The notes: a model not told the origin generated them from the letters alone. Counted from the first letter of the stretch, positions 21,804 to 32,443 are shown. The stretch: DNA of 64,000 bases from an uncultured bacterium (GCA_964392895.1 CAYMRL010000002.1:436295-500294), one strand, 5' to 3'. Numbers and translations are program-made.

Positions 21804-22574
21804 ATGAGCGAGCGTGAGCATGCCGCGCTAGACGGGTATCAGCTCATCCCGCGAGTCCTCCACGACATCGAGGTGGCAGACACGTCGGCGTACCTGCTGG
21901 GTCGCCGTCTGAGCGCCCCGTTGGTCGAGCGCGTCAAGTCGCGCGCCGGCGCCGAGGAGGGACTCGTGGCCGTCGACGCCGACGAGCTGCTGGCCAAGCA
22001 GGCGGGCGGTGAGGGCGTCATCGCCGTGCTAGGTCCGCGCCGCATGGCCGAACTGGTGCCAGCGGTCAGGAGCCTCGTCGAGCTGTCGCCGGCCGCCATC
22101 GCGCTCGACTTCGCTCCGCTCGCCGACACGCCTCCGTTCGGAACCGTCGAGTGGCGCCCGCGCACCCGCGAGGACATCGCCGAGATTCGCGCCGCCGCGG
22201 GCGGACCGTTGTGGCTCTTCGGTATCGCCAGCGCCGCCGACGCGGCCGTCGCTGCCGAGGCGGGGGTGGACGCGATCGTCGTCGGCTCGCAGGCGGGCCG
22301 TCGGCTCGGGGCGCCGGCCTGCATCGACTCGCTCACCGAGATCATCGACGCCGTGGCGGGGATGCTCACCATCGCCTGCGCGGGGCCGGTGCGCGACGGC
22401 ATCGACGTGCTTAGGTACCTGGCCGTCGGTGCCGAGGCCGTCGTCGTGTCTGACGGGCGGCCGCTGACCACCCTGGCGGCCGAGCTCGAGTACGCGATGA
22501 GGCTCACGGGCTGCGCGAGCCTCGCCGACGTCAGCTACGACATCTTGTTCGCGCCGCTGTTCGAGGAGCCGTGA
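21804..22574 (+). CDS. FMN-dependent alpha-hydroxy-acid dehydrogenase family-like protein, short and divergent
   Basis: IPRVLHDIEVADTSAYLLGRRLSAPL, GVDAIVVGSQAGRRLG and a C-terminal DG..VLRYLAVGAEAVVV..GRP region resemble glycolate oxidase/lactate oxidase blocks. At 256 aa it lacks roughly 100 aa of the barrel. Confidence 0.45.
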   Translation: MSEREHAALDGYQLIPRVLHDIEVADTSAYLLGRRLSAPLVERVKSRAGAEEGLVAVDADELLAKQAGGEGVIAVLGPRRMAELVPAVRSLVELSPAAIALDFAPLADTPPFGTVEWRPRTREDIAEIRAAAGGPLWLFGIASAADAAVAAEAGVDAIVVGSQAGRRLGAPACIDSLTEIIDAVAGMLTIACAGPVRDGIDVLRYLAVGAEAVVVSDGRPLTTLAAELEYAMRLTGCASLADVSYDILFAPLFEEP

Positions 22575-22599
22575 CCGCCGTGATAGCTGTGAGCCGCCT

Positions 22600-23199
22600 G
22601 TGATCGCGCTGATAGAGGGCGAGGTCCGCGACGTGCGCGAAGCCAGCGTCGTCGTCCAGGCCGGCGCGTTCGGCATCGAGGCGTTCGCTCCGGCCTCGAC
22701 GCTGTCGCGCTGTGCCAAAGGCTCGTTCATCACGCTCCACACGCACTTCCTGGTGCGCGAGGAGCAGCCGGTGCTCTACGGCTTCCACGAAGCCGACCAG
22801 CTCCTGGTGTTCAGGCGCCTGCTCGAGGTCGGCGGCGTCGGCCCCAAGGTCGCCCTCGGCGTGCTGTCGACGTTGACGCCGGCGCTGATCGCCGCGGCGG
22901 TCGACAACGGCGACGCCGGGCTCCTGACCAGCGCCCCCGGTGTCGGTAAGCGCACCGCCGAGCGCATCGTCTTGGAGCTGAAGGGCCGGCTGCCCGAGGA
23001 GCTGCTGGCCGGGAGCGGACCGGTGGCCACACGCGCCTCGCGCCTGGTGGCACCGGCTGCTCAAGACGCTGTCGAGGCGCTGCTGGCCCTCGGTTACCGC
23101 GAGGGTCAGGTCAGGGGGTTGGTGGCGGAGCTGGCGGCGAAGGAGCCGGAGGAGAGCGCTGAGGCTCTGATCCGGCGGGCGTTGGCGCGGCTCAGGTAG
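22600..23199 (+). CDS. ruvA: Holliday junction DNA helicase RuvA
   Basis: MIALIEGEV...LYGFHEADQLLVFRRLLEVGGVGPKVALGVLS with HhH motifs and C-terminal domain III. GTG start at 22600. Confidence 0.85.
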   Translation: MIALIEGEVRDVREASVVVQAGAFGIEAFAPASTLSRCAKGSFITLHTHFLVREEQPVLYGFHEADQLLVFRRLLEVGGVGPKVALGVLSTLTPALIAAAVDNGDAGLLTSAPGVGKRTAERIVLELKGRLPEELLAGSGPVATRASRLVAPAAQDAVEALLALGYREGQVRGLVAELAAKEPEESAEALIRRALARLR

Positions 23200-23204
23200 G
23201 CGTC

Positions 23205-24326
23205 TTAAGCCGGGATACCTGCGGCCAACGCCTCCTTGGGCGCCACGCACGGGATGCCGAACGCGCTGCCCACGCCCTCGTATGTGAGCATGCCGGCATG
23301 AGTGTTGAGCCCGAGCAGCAGCGCGGGATCGGCGAGGAGCGCGCGCGTGGGGTCGGCGGCGAGCTTCAGTGCGTAGGGCAGCGTCTGGTTCGACAGCGCC
23401 TTGGTGCTGGTGTTGGGCACGGCGCCCGGCATGTTGGCCACCCCGTAGTGCACGACGCCGTCGACGACGAACGTGGGCTCTGCATGGGTCGTGGCCTTGA
23501 TGGTCTCGATGCAGCCGCCCTGGTCGACGGCGACGTCGACGATGACCGAGCCCTTCTTCATGATCCCGAGCATGTCGCGCGTGACGAGCCGCGGCGCGCG
23601 TGCGCCGGGGATCAGCACGGCGCCGATGAGCAGGTCGGCGGTGGCGAGCAGCTCGACGATGTTGCCGACGTTGCTGGCGCGCGTCTCGATCTGGCCGCTG
23701 AAGATGTCGTCTAGGTACTGCAGGCGCGCGTGGCTGACGTCGAGGATCGTGACCTTGGCGCCGAGCCCGAGCGCGATCTTGGCGGCGTTGGTGCCCACCA
23801 CGCCGCCGCCGAGGATGGCTACCTCGCCCTTGGAGACGCCCGGCACCCCGCCGAGCAGCAGGCCGCGGCCGCCTTGCGAGCGCTCGAGGAAGTGTGCCCC
23901 GACCTGGGTGGCCATGCGCCCTGCGACCTCGCTCATCGGCGTGAGCAGCGGCAGGCTGCCGTTCGCGGCCTGCACGGTCTCGTAGGCGATGGCGGTGGTG
24001 CCGGACGCCAGCAGCGCCTCGGTCAGGGGCCTGTCGGCGGCGAGGTGGAGGTAGGTGAACAGCAGCAGGTCGCTTCTCAGGTACTGGTACTCGGCGGCCA
24101 CCGGCTCCTTGACCTTCATGACGAGCCTTTGGCCCCAGGCGGCGGCGGTCGCCACGATCTCCGCGCCGGCGGCGACGTAGTCGGCGTCGGTGAAGCCGGA
24201 GCCGTCACCGGCGCCGGTCTCGACGAGCACGCTGTGGCCGGCGTGGGTCAGCGCATGCACGGCCGCGGGCGTCGCCGCGACCCGGTGCTCTAGGGTCTTG
24301 ATCTCCTTGGGGATGCCGATGTTCAT
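23205..24326 (-). CDS. ald: Alanine dehydrogenase
   Basis: [26 protein letters not shown] Rossmann motif [22 protein letters not shown]. Confidence 0.9.
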   Translation of the reverse strand: MNIGIPKEIKTLEHRVAATPAAVHALTHAGHSVLVETGAGDGSGFTDADYVAAGAEIVATAAAWGQRLVMKVKEPVAAEYQYLRSDLLLFTYLHLAADRPLTEALLASGTTAIAYETVQAANGSLPLLTPMSEVAGRMATQVGAHFLERSQGGRGLLLGGVPGVSKGEVAILGGGVVGTNAAKIALGLGAKVTILDVSHARLQYLDDIFSGQIETRASNVGNIVELLATADLLIGAVLIPGARAPRLVTRDMLGIMKKGSVIVDVAVDQGGCIETIKATTHAEPTFVVDGVVHYGVANMPGAVPNTSTKALSNQTLPYALKLAADPTRALLADPALLLGLNTHAGMLTYEGVGSAFGIPCVAPKEALAAGIPA

Positions 24327-24469
24327 GGCGTTCGCTCCTAAGCGCCGGGCACTCTCTGCCCGGTGCCCGTTGTAGTGGCGGGCTTGCCGGTCGTCTTAAC
24401 TCTACTCTCGTGCTGCGCGGCGCGCCGCGGCGTTCTGCTCACATCGGCGCCAAACACCCCTCGACAGAC

Positions 24470-25381
24470 CTAAACCCCGCCCAAGAAGACCCGCAACAGC
24501 TCGATGCGGCTCGCATCCTGCTCGTTCGGCTCGGCCAGCGCGACCAGGGCGCCGGACGGGTCGACCAGCGCGCTGCGTGACGTCAGCCTCACTCGGTCGC
24601 GCTTCCCCTGTTTGACGGCAAGGGTCTGCTCGGGATCCAGCGCGACGACCGGCAGCCCCAGGGCCTCGAGTGCGGGAACGTCGGGCGCTGCGTCGACCTC
24701 AGCGAGTGGGGTCGCGCTGCCCAACTGCACGCCCCCCGAAGCCGTCCGTACCAGGCCGCTCAAATGCGCGGGCAGCCCCAGCGCCGAGCCGAGATCGCGG
24801 GCGAAAGACCTTATGTACGTTCCCGCTGCGACGGTCAGCTCGATCAGCGCCGTCGGATGCTCACCCAGCACCGGCGGCAGCTCGTTGGTCAGGGGGCGCG
24901 GCAGATCGTCTCTGCGCGGCGCGAGCGCCTTCAGCGTCACCGTGCGGTAAGCGACTGGACGAGGCGGCAGGTCGACGGTCTCGCCGCGCCTAGCCGCAGC
25001 GTAGCTGCGCTCACCGCCCTGCTTTATCGCCGAGTAGGCGGGCGGCGCCTGCTCGCGCAGGGCCAGGAACGGCTCGAAGGCGGCGGTCAGCCGCTCCTCG
25101 CTCAGGTCGGATGCGTCGGCGGTTTCGAGTATCGGCCCCTCGGCGTCGAGCGTCGGCGTGCTCGCGCCGAACGACACCCACGCCAGGTAGCTCTTGTCGT
25201 GACCGGTCAGGTAGGGCGAGAGCTTCGTCGCCTCACCGACGAGCAGGAGCAGCACGCCTGTCGCTAGCGGGTCGAGGGTGCCGGCGTGCCCGATGCGGCG
25301 CGTGCCTAAGAGCCGCCTGGCGCGCGCGACGACGTCGTGAGACGTGAGGCCGAGCGGTTTGTCGACACACTTGATCCCCAC
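24470..25381 (-). CDS. truB: tRNA pseudouridine(55) synthase
   Basis: VDKPLGLTSHDVVARARRLLGTRRIGHAGTLDPLATGVLLLLVG includes the catalytic Asp motif. Confidence 0.85.
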   Translation of the reverse strand: MGIKCVDKPLGLTSHDVVARARRLLGTRRIGHAGTLDPLATGVLLLLVGEATKLSPYLTGHDKSYLAWVSFGASTPTLDAEGPILETADASDLSEERLTAAFEPFLALREQAPPAYSAIKQGGERSYAAARRGETVDLPPRPVAYRTVTLKALAPRRDDLPRPLTNELPPVLGEHPTALIELTVAAGTYIRSFARDLGSALGLPAHLSGLVRTASGGVQLGSATPLAEVDAAPDVPALEALGLPVVALDPEQTLAVKQGKRDRVRLTSRSALVDPSGALVALAEPNEQDASRIELLRVFLGGV

Positions 25382-25402
25382 GCTGCTACGGGGTCTGGTG
25401 GC

Positions 25403-27052
25403 TCAGAAGAACAGCGACTTCGCCCACGGGCTGATCAGCACGGCGACGAGCAGGCCGATGTGCAGCGTGAGCTGCGCCAGCAGCGTCTCGAGCCCGCTGC
25501 GGCGGCGGCGGAAGGCGTCGCCAAGCAGCAGCCCGAACAGGAACAGGACCGCGACCGGTGTGCCGAGGACTATCGCGTAGAGGCTGGCCGAGATGACCGT
25601 CGCGATGGTCCCGTCGTAGCGCTTAGCCAGCGGCGGGATGAGGAAGGCTCTGAAGAAGAGCTCGACGAGCGGAAGCAGGATCAGCGCGGCCACGACGAAC
25701 GGCGTGAGTTGCAGCAGGTCGAGGTAGAAGCCGCCGAGGATGCCGCCCATCGGCTGGTAATGCAGGTACGCGAGCATGACGCCGAGCATCAGCAGTCCCC
25801 AGCCGACGCCGATCAGCGGCTTCTTCGAGTCGCCGAGCAGCTTCTCGAGCGGTTCGAAGCCGTTGCCTTGCGCTCGGCGCGAGACGAGCAGCGCCAGTAG
25901 TACCGCCATCGTCAGCAGGAACAGCGCGCGGGCGTCCGATCCCTGCGACGGGGTGAGCAGGACGAGCGGGTTGTCGTAGCGGATGACCCCGAAGAAGATC
26001 GCGGCCAGCAGAGCGATGAGCACGGCGGCGATGAGGATGCCGTACACCTGCCCTACGCTCCAGAGGCGTGGACCGTCGAAGACCTCGAGGGAGTTCGAGC
26101 TGGCGATCCGGCTCTCGCCGACGAGGTGCGCCCCGACGACCACCAGGAGCAGCAGCAGCCAGACGATGGCGTTGCCGGCGATGAACGACAGCAGGTTCTC
26201 GCGCCTGAACGACTCCCGCATGGCGAGGTTACCGGCCTGCAGGTCGCCTTCCGAGTAGTAGATGAGCCCAAGCGAGCGCAGGTCGCGGCTCTGGGCCTCG
26301 ACATCGCGGGAGCCGCGGAGCTGGTGAGCGATCTCAAGGTTGCCGGTGGCTCCCTCGGTGTTGCCCTGTGCCCACTGAGCCATGCCGAGCAGCGAGCGCA
26401 CGGAGGGGTTGCGATCGTCACCGGTGAGCGACATGTAGTCGACCAGTTGTCGCTCAGCCGCCGCAGCGTCGCCGAGCCGCAGCTTGAGCGAGGCGTCCGC
26501 GAGGCGGAAGTTGACGTCGAGGGAGTCGGCTGAGATCGCGGCGGCGTAGTGCTCGAAGGCTTGAGTGTACTCGCCGCGCTTCTCGGAGATGCGGCCGGCC
26601 GTCAGGTTGACGCGGCCCTCGAGCTCGCGGTTGGCGCGGTCGATGAGGCGGCTGCGCGCCTGCCGCAGGTAACCTTCGGCGTCAACGACCCGGTCCGTCG
26701 CCAAGGCAGCCTCGGCGAGCAGCACCATCGGCCAAGCGTCGGTCACGACGTTCTGCACGCGCCTCAGGCGCGTCTCTGCGCTCGCGACCTCTCCCAGTGC
26801 GAGCTCGACGCGCGCCAGGGTCAGGTCTGCGTCCGCGAAGCCCGGTCTCACCTGCAGAGCGTTGAGGCAGGCGAACTTGGCGTTCTCGAGGTCGCCGCGC
26901 GCTTCGAATAGCAGACACTGCTGGTAGTAGCGATTCTCGTCGAACGACTGCGCCGACGCGAGACTCCCGGCGAACGTCGCGACGAGAGCCGCGAGCGCCA
27001 ACACGGTGCGCAGTCGACCTACGGATCCGAGCAGACCCGAACCTAGACTCAT
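25403..27052 (-). CDS. Membrane protein: N-terminal periplasmic TPR repeats fused to a C-terminal CPBP (CAAX-protease/Abi) intramembrane domain
   Basis: Signal peptide, several TPR-like repeats (YYQQCLLFEARGDLENA...), then about 7 TM segments. The CPBP EELFFRAFL motif and the C-terminal His-containing helices are present. Confidence 0.6.
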   Translation of the reverse strand: MSLGSGLLGSVGRLRTVLALAALVATFAGSLASAQSFDENRYYQQCLLFEARGDLENAKFACLNALQVRPGFADADLTLARVELALGEVASAETRLRRVQNVVTDAWPMVLLAEAALATDRVVDAEGYLRQARSRLIDRANRELEGRVNLTAGRISEKRGEYTQAFEHYAAAISADSLDVNFRLADASLKLRLGDAAAAERQLVDYMSLTGDDRNPSVRSLLGMAQWAQGNTEGATGNLEIAHQLRGSRDVEAQSRDLRSLGLIYYSEGDLQAGNLAMRESFRRENLLSFIAGNAIVWLLLLLVVVGAHLVGESRIASSNSLEVFDGPRLWSVGQVYGILIAAVLIALLAAIFFGVIRYDNPLVLLTPSQGSDARALFLLTMAVLLALLVSRRAQGNGFEPLEKLLGDSKKPLIGVGWGLLMLGVMLAYLHYQPMGGILGGFYLDLLQLTPFVVAALILLPLVELFFRAFLIPPLAKRYDGTIATVISASLYAIVLGTPVAVLFLFGLLLGDAFRRRRSGLETLLAQLTLHIGLLVAVLISPWAKSLFF

Positions 27053-27360
27053 AACTCCCCTTCACAAGCTCAGCGGCTGCCACTGCACCCGAGGGTTCCG
27101 GCTCTCCCTAACGCTCGCTAAGCCACGTCCCGACCACTATTGACCGGTAGGGCAGGCGAGGTGGTTAGGTCATTCACTTATCTCATGTTGAGCGATGCGG
27201 CTCTGGGACGCGACTCCTAACCAGCGACGACGCTTGCCATGAAGGTTGGCTTAAGCGCTTGTTCGCTGCCCCTAATGACCGGCGGTTACCATGCTGTCGT
27301 GACCCGTGCACTCGCCAGCGCATTCGTAGCCGCCTGCCATCACCGGGTCGGAGCCAGAGC

Positions 27361-27729
27361 ATGAGCCTAGTCCAACTGTTCTTCATCATCCAGCTAGCAC
27401 TGCAGCTGCCGGCGATGGCCGACGGCACCGAGGTGCGCCTCGTGTCCCGCGACCTGCTGACCGTCTACGCGACGGCGACCGTCGTCGCGGGCGACCTGAG
27501 GTTCGACGAGTTCCCCACCCCCGGCACCGAGGTGCGGGTGCTGATCTTCCCGCCGGACGCGGGACCGGCCGAACAGGCGGAGGCGCTGAGTGGCGCAGCC
27601 GCGCTGGCGGGCAGCGTCAGCCTCGGCGGTGACGACGTGATGCTGATCGACCCGGAGGTCGACGCGCCGGTCTCCCTCAAGCAACTGCTGCTTCACGAAC
27701 GCAACGTCCGACTGGTACTGCCCAGATGA
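27361..27729 (+). CDS. Hypothetical protein upstream of the two-component system
   Basis: ORF with a hydrophobic N-terminus (MSLVQLFFIIQLALQLPAMA). It ends 12 nt before the response-regulator start. No recognisable domain. Confidence 0.35.
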   Translation: MSLVQLFFIIQLALQLPAMADGTEVRLVSRDLLTVYATATVVAGDLRFDEFPTPGTEVRVLIFPPDAGPAEQAEALSGAAALAGSVSLGGDDVMLIDPEVDAPVSLKQLLLHERNVRLVLPR

Positions 27730-27740
27730 CAGGAGGAGAG

Positions 27741-28409
27741 ATGTCACGCAAACGCATCCTCATCGTCGAAGACGACGTCGACATCCTCAGGCTTCTCAGC
27801 CGCGAGCTCAAAGACGCCGGCTTCGAGGTCATGGCTTACGAGAGCGGCATCCGCGGCCTGTCAGCGGTGCGCGAGAACCAGCCCGACCTGGTCATCCTCG
27901 ACCTGGGGCTCCCAGACCTCAGCGGCCAGGAGATCGCCAGACGCGTGCGCCGGACCGGAGACACGCCGATCCTGATCCTCACCGCTGCCGACGAGGTCGG
28001 TACCAAGGTCGAGATGCTCAACGCCGGCGCCGACGACTACCTCGCCAAGCCGTTCCACGTTCAGGAACTGCTCGCGCGCGTCAACGTGCAGCTGCGCAAA
28101 CGCACCCTCGGCAGCGCGCTGAAGGTCGGCGAGATGAGCATCGACCCCGTCAGACGTCAAGTGAAGTGGGGCGAGGAGGAGGTGCGCCTCAGCCCGCGCG
28201 AGTACGAGCTGCTCGTGTACCTCGCCGGGCAGCCGGGTCGCGTCTACAGCCGCAAGGAGATCGAGAACAACGTCTGGGGCGAGGACCTGCCGCCGAGCAG
28301 CAACGTCGTCGACGTTCACATCGCCAACATCCGCGGCAAGCTGCGCGACGCCGGCGGCTTCGGGGTCATCCGCACCGTCAGAGGCGTCGGCTACGCGCTG
28401 AAGTCCTGA
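27741..28409 (+). CDS. OmpR-family response regulator
   Basis: ILIVEDDVDI...DLVILDLGLPDLSG receiver domain plus a winged-helix C-terminus (VRLSPREYELLVYLA). AGGAGG RBS 7 nt before the ATG. Confidence 0.85.
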   Translation: MSRKRILIVEDDVDILRLLSRELKDAGFEVMAYESGIRGLSAVRENQPDLVILDLGLPDLSGQEIARRVRRTGDTPILILTAADEVGTKVEMLNAGADDYLAKPFHVQELLARVNVQLRKRTLGSALKVGEMSIDPVRRQVKWGEEEVRLSPREYELLVYLAGQPGRVYSRKEIENNVWGEDLPPSSNVVDVHIANIRGKLRDAGGFGVIRTVRGVGYALKS

Positions 28410-28439
28410 CCGCTCACCGCTGCCTAGGAGAGGCCTAGC

Positions 28440-29777
28440 TTGCCGGAGCTGAACGCCCCGCGCCTGTCGCTGACTTGGAGGGTCGCGCTGCTGGCCGGCG
28501 CCGCCACGACGGTGTTGGCAGGGCTGACCCTGGTCGTCTCCTACCTCACGGTTCAGAACGGGCTGTACGGCGACCTGCGGCGCGCTCTGCGCGAGGACGC
28601 CGACATCGTGGCGCAGCTCTACGACACGGGTGGCAGCGCGGCAGAGCAGATAACCGGCCCGACGGGCGGCAGCATCATCCAGGTCTACGGTGCCGGTGGC
28701 GAGCTGCTGGCGGCTTCGCGCTCGGAGTTCGAGAGGTCCATCGCCGCCATCCCGCCTTCGGACGTCGTGGGGGCGCGGCGCGTGGCGACGCGCTGGAGCG
28801 GGAGGCTCTCCGGTCGGGAGATGGAGGTGGCGCTGGCGCCGTTCAGTCTCGGGGTCGTGGCTGTGCTAGCCGATCCCAGCTACATCGCCGACAGTCTGAG
28901 GGAGCTCTCGCGCTCGTTGCTGCTGGCCGGCGGGCTGCTCGTGGTCGTCAGTCTTCTGCTCGGCTACGGCGTCGCCGCCGGCTCGCTGCGGCCGGTCGCG
29001 CGCCTCGCTAACCGCGCTGCCCAGCTGGGACCGGAGCGACTCGAGCCGATCAGCTACCGCGGTCCCAACGACGAGGTGGGACGGCTGGCGCACAGCCTCA
29101 ACGACCTGCTGGCCCGCGTCAGGGAGTCGCGCGACGCGCAGCGCGTGTTCCTCGCCGAGACCAGTCACGAGCTCAGGACCCCGCTCACCAGCCTCACGGG
29201 TTTCCTCGACCGGGCTGCGCGGACCTCCGGCCCCGAAGCCGCCGAGGACCTACGCGACGCCCAGCGCGTCGCTACCACGATGGCGCGCCTAGTCGAGGAT
29301 CTGTTGCAGCTCTCGCGTGGGGCGGTCGTCAAGGATGCCGAGATCCACCTCGTCGACCTCGGCGCCGACGTCATGCGGCCCGTCGCGGCTGAGTTCGATG
29401 GCGTCGAGCTGGAGGCTCCGCGCGGCGTGCTGGTGCTCGGCGACCCGCAGCGTCTGCGTCAGCTGGTGCGTAACCTCGTGGCCAACGCGGTGCGCGCAGC
29501 CGGGAGACCGGCGGGTGTTCGGATACTGCTCGAGCAGCAGGGTGAGCGGGCCGTGGTGCGAGTCAAGGACGACGGCCCCGGCATCGCCCCTGAGCTGCTC
29601 GAGAAGATCTTCGAGAAGTTCTACAAGGGAGCTGGCGGGGGGTCCGGCCTGGGCCTGGCGATCGCCAGGCAGGTAGCGGTGCACCACGGCGGTGCCCTGA
29701 CGGCCGTCAGTCGACCGGGCGAGACCGTGTTCGAGTTGCGGCTGCCTCTCGTCGCCGAGGAGGAGGACGAGGGCTAG
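28440..29777 (+). CDS. Sensor histidine kinase
   Basis: Two TM segments with a periplasmic loop, HAMP, H-box [13 protein letters not shown], and ATP-binding N/G boxes ([19 protein letters not shown]). TTG start. Confidence 0.8.
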   Translation: MPELNAPRLSLTWRVALLAGAATTVLAGLTLVVSYLTVQNGLYGDLRRALREDADIVAQLYDTGGSAAEQITGPTGGSIIQVYGAGGELLAASRSEFERSIAAIPPSDVVGARRVATRWSGRLSGREMEVALAPFSLGVVAVLADPSYIADSLRELSRSLLLAGGLLVVVSLLLGYGVAAGSLRPVARLANRAAQLGPERLEPISYRGPNDEVGRLAHSLNDLLARVRESRDAQRVFLAETSHELRTPLTSLTGFLDRAARTSGPEAAEDLRDAQRVATTMARLVEDLLQLSRGAVVKDAEIHLVDLGADVMRPVAAEFDGVELEAPRGVLVLGDPQRLRQLVRNLVANAVRAAGRPAGVRILLEQQGERAVVRVKDDGPGIAPELLEKIFEKFYKGAGGGSGLGLAIARQVAVHHGGALTAVSRPGETVFELRLPLVAEEEDEG

Positions 29778-31456
29778 AGCCTCGGCAGCGTCACGCCGCG
29801 CTGACCCTGGTACTTGCCTTTGCGGTCGCCGTACGTGACCTCGGGTCGTTCTCCTTGGAAGAACAGGAGCTGGACTATGCCCTCGTTGGCGTATACCTTC
29901 GCCGGTAGCGGGGTGGTGTTGGACAGTTCCAAGGTCACGTGACCTTCCCAACCGGGCTCTAAAGGCGTTACGTTTGCGACGATCCCACAGTTTCGGACAA
30001 ATACCCCGGCCTGCAGTGCGAAGTTGCCGGCTTCTGGGACCGTCAAGCAGTAGACGTCCTCTTCGCCGCGAAGGTGGCGGACGGCGGTGACCTTGTGGTT
30101 CTTGTACTCGGGCTTACCTCGGAAGGCAGCGACAACAGAGGGGAAACGCCTGAAGACCGACCGGTCGCAGCCGAGGAATCTGGCCGCAACTCTTATGGAG
30201 CCAGCGGTATCCAGTGCGTTACGGACCTCGTCCTCGCCTATCCCTTCGCGAAGGCGCAGTCCGCGAGCGTGCTCAGCTTGGCGCCTCCGTCTGCCTGGGC
30301 TAGCCATCAGCCATGCTCTACGGGAGCGCTCTGCTTGGGCGGCTCGTGCGTCTTGGTTGCCATCCCAGAAGGTGGCTTGACGGTAGGCTTGGAGGTCACG
30401 CTCTTCCTGGGTCCAGCGCACCCGATGTTGGGCGAGTAATGCCTCCCTGCGATCGGCATACGCAGGATCGTGCCAGAAGGCCATGGCGCGAGCACGCTGA
30501 ACGGCGCTGAGGTGTCGTGCCCAAGCAGGGTCCTGTCGACGTCGCACGAAGGACGCCTTGATCGCGGCTGCGTGCTCCTGCGAATCGAAATCGTCCCCAT
30601 AGCTGATGGAGTTGGGAAGCTTGATGTGCTCACCTGCCGGCATGCGCGTCAGGTTCCAGGGGTTGTTGTTGCGCCGGTCGTGATCTAAGTGATGACGATG
30701 TGTGCCTGCCTGCTCCTCGTAGATACCGTTGCGCACGTTCCACTCGTCAGCCAGCCGATGAGTCGTTTCGTAGCGTCCGGCCAACGGCAGATAGGTCATC
30801 TCGTAACCGCGGAAGAGCTTGCGGTAGAGCGGCATCAGTGCGGTGCCCGGCCTTAGCTCACCGGCGTCTCGCCAAGCGCCATCCCTAAGCATGAACCCGT
30901 GATCTTCGGTCGCGTGGACGATAGAGCCATCGTCTAGCTCGATCTCGACAAGCGAGTCTCGACCAACGAATCGGGGCGCGTCGAGGAGCGTCACTATGAG
31001 GCGTCCGTTAGGGCCCATGCTGTAGCCGAAGAACATCTCGCCTTCGCGAGCCCGGTCGGCCATCTCCTCGATCGTCGGTGCCGTTCCGTCGACCAGTGCC
31101 ACGCGCGTGTCGCCCCTGAAGCAGCGGGCGTACGAGGACTTACCGAGGGCGATGACCATCGTGTCGTCAGGTATCCGTAGATACTCGACCGACCGAGTGA
31201 GCACGAAGCTGTTCGGCGGGATTATGCACGTGTCGTCACTCGATTCGACGAGGCTACGAGTATCGAAGTGCTTAGGATCGACGACGGTGTTGAACGCGTT
31301 GACGAAGATGCGCCACTCGGGAGCGGCGCGCAGGTCGTAGCCGAAGCTCGAGAGGCCGTAACTGATGACGCCCTCGCGCACCAACCGGTCCTCGAAGGGC
31401 GTGATCATCCCCTCTTGTGCCCTGGCGCGGATCCACCGATCTGACTTGATGCTCAT
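29774..31456 (-). CDS. dcd: dCTP deaminase interrupted by an in-frame intein (extein 182 aa plus intein 378 aa)
   Basis: N-extein [21 protein letters not shown]...GKSSYAR. C-extein [44 protein letters not shown]...[15 protein letters not shown]. The joined sequence is colinear with bacterial Dcd. ATG at 31456. Confidence 0.85.
   Translation of the reverse strand: MSIKSDRWIRARAQEGMITPFEDRLVREGVISYGLSSFGYDLRAAPEWRIFVNAFNTVVDPKHFDTRSLVESSDDTCIIPPNSFVLTRSVEYLRIPDDTMVIALGKSSYARCFRGDTRVALVDGTAPTIEEMADRAREGEMFFGYSMGPNGRLIVTLLDAPRFVGRDSLVEIELDDGSIVHATEDHGFMLRDGAWRDAGELRPGTALMPLYRKLFRGYEMTYLPLAGRYETTHRLADEWNVRNGIYEEQAGTHRHHLDHDRRNNNPWNLTRMPAGEHIKLPNSISYGDDFDSQEHAAAIKASFVRRRQDPAWARHLSAVQRARAMAFWHDPAYADRREALLAQHRVRWTQEERDLQAYRQATFWDGNQDARAAQAERSRRAWLMASPGRRRRQAEHARGLRLREGIGEDEVRNALDTAGSIRVAARFLGCDRSVFRRFPSVVAAFRGKPEYKNHKVTAVRHLRGEEDVYCLTVPEAGNFALQAGVFVRNCGIVANVTPLEPGWEGHVTLELSNTTPLPAKVYANEGIVQLLFFQGERPEVTYGDRKGKYQGQRGVTLPRL
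29990..31123 (-). mobile_element. Intein (378 aa) in dcd with Hint blocks and an HNH homing-endonuclease domain
   Basis: Begins [13 protein letters not shown] (block A), has block [13 protein letters not shown], an HNH motif [25 protein letters not shown], and C-terminal blocks ..[24 protein letters not shown] followed by the +1 Cys. Boundaries were checked on the nucleotide sequence. Confidence 0.75.
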
Positions 31457-31558
31457 AGCGAGCAGTCTAGTCTTTCGGGCTGTCACGGCAGCCACGGGCG
31501 CCGCCGTGCACGTGAAGTGATTACAATGTGATATCATGATGATTACAAGGAGGCTCGC

Positions 31559-32443
31559 ATGATCCGAGTGCAAGAGAAACCCGCCGCCAAAGTCAACGGC
31601 TTCATAGGCTTGGTACTGGTGTTCGGAGCGGCTGCCGCGGGTGTGTGGCAGTTCGTGATGGGAGTCGGCATCACGTCCGGCAGCGCAGGACAGGTGCTGT
31701 TCGGCATCGCTCTGGTGATAGCGGCTTTCATCTTGCTCGGCGGCCTGTTCACGGTGCAGCCCAACGAGTCGCGGGTGTTGGTGTTCTTCGGCAACTACGT
31801 CGGCAGCGTTCGCGACTCAGGCTTCTGGTTCACCAACCCGTTCACCAACAAGAAGCGCGTGAGCCTGCGGGTCAGGAACTTCAATAGCGAGCGGCTGAAG
31901 GTGAACGACGCCGACGGCAACCCAGTCGAGATCGCGGCGGTGATCGTGTGGCGCGTCGTCGAGTCCGCCAAGGCGGTCTTCGACGTGGACGACTACGAGG
32001 AGTTCGTCGACATCCAAGCCGAGACGGCGCTGCGCAACCTGGCGACCCGCTACCCCTACGACGCCAGCGGCCTCGAGAGACCTAGCCTGCGGGAGAACCC
32101 CGATGAGCTGGCCGGCGCTCTGAAGATCGAGCTCGACGCCCGCCTCGAGATCGCGGGGGTCGACGTGATGGAGGCGCGGCTGACGCACCTGGCCTACGCG
32201 CCGGAGATCGCGCACGCCATGCTCAGGCGTCAGCAGGCTCAGGCGGTGGTGGCGGCCCGCAAGCTGATCGTCGACGCCGCGGTCGGCATGGTCGAGGATG
32301 CCATCGCCGGACTTGCCGCCGGCGGCGCCGTCGATCTGGATGGCGACAGGCGCGCCGCCCTCGCCAACAACCTGATGGTGGCGCTCACCAGTGACAGCGC
32401 CGTCGCACCCGTCATCAACACCGGCACGCTGCACGCCGGCTGA
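31559..32443 (+). CDS. SPFH/band-7 domain membrane protein (stomatin/HflKC-like)
   Basis: N-terminal TM segments, then an SPFH core ([19 protein letters not shown]...) and a coiled-coil tail ([14 protein letters not shown]). AAGGAGG RBS. Confidence 0.8.
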   Translation: MIRVQEKPAAKVNGFIGLVLVFGAAAAGVWQFVMGVGITSGSAGQVLFGIALVIAAFILLGGLFTVQPNESRVLVFFGNYVGSVRDSGFWFTNPFTNKKRVSLRVRNFNSERLKVNDADGNPVEIAAVIVWRVVESAKAVFDVDDYEEFVDIQAETALRNLATRYPYDASGLERPSLRENPDELAGALKIELDARLEIAGVDVMEARLTHLAYAPEIAHAMLRRQQAQAVVAARKLIVDAAVGMVEDAIAGLAAGGAVDLDGDRRAALANNLMVALTSDSAVAPVINTGTLHAG

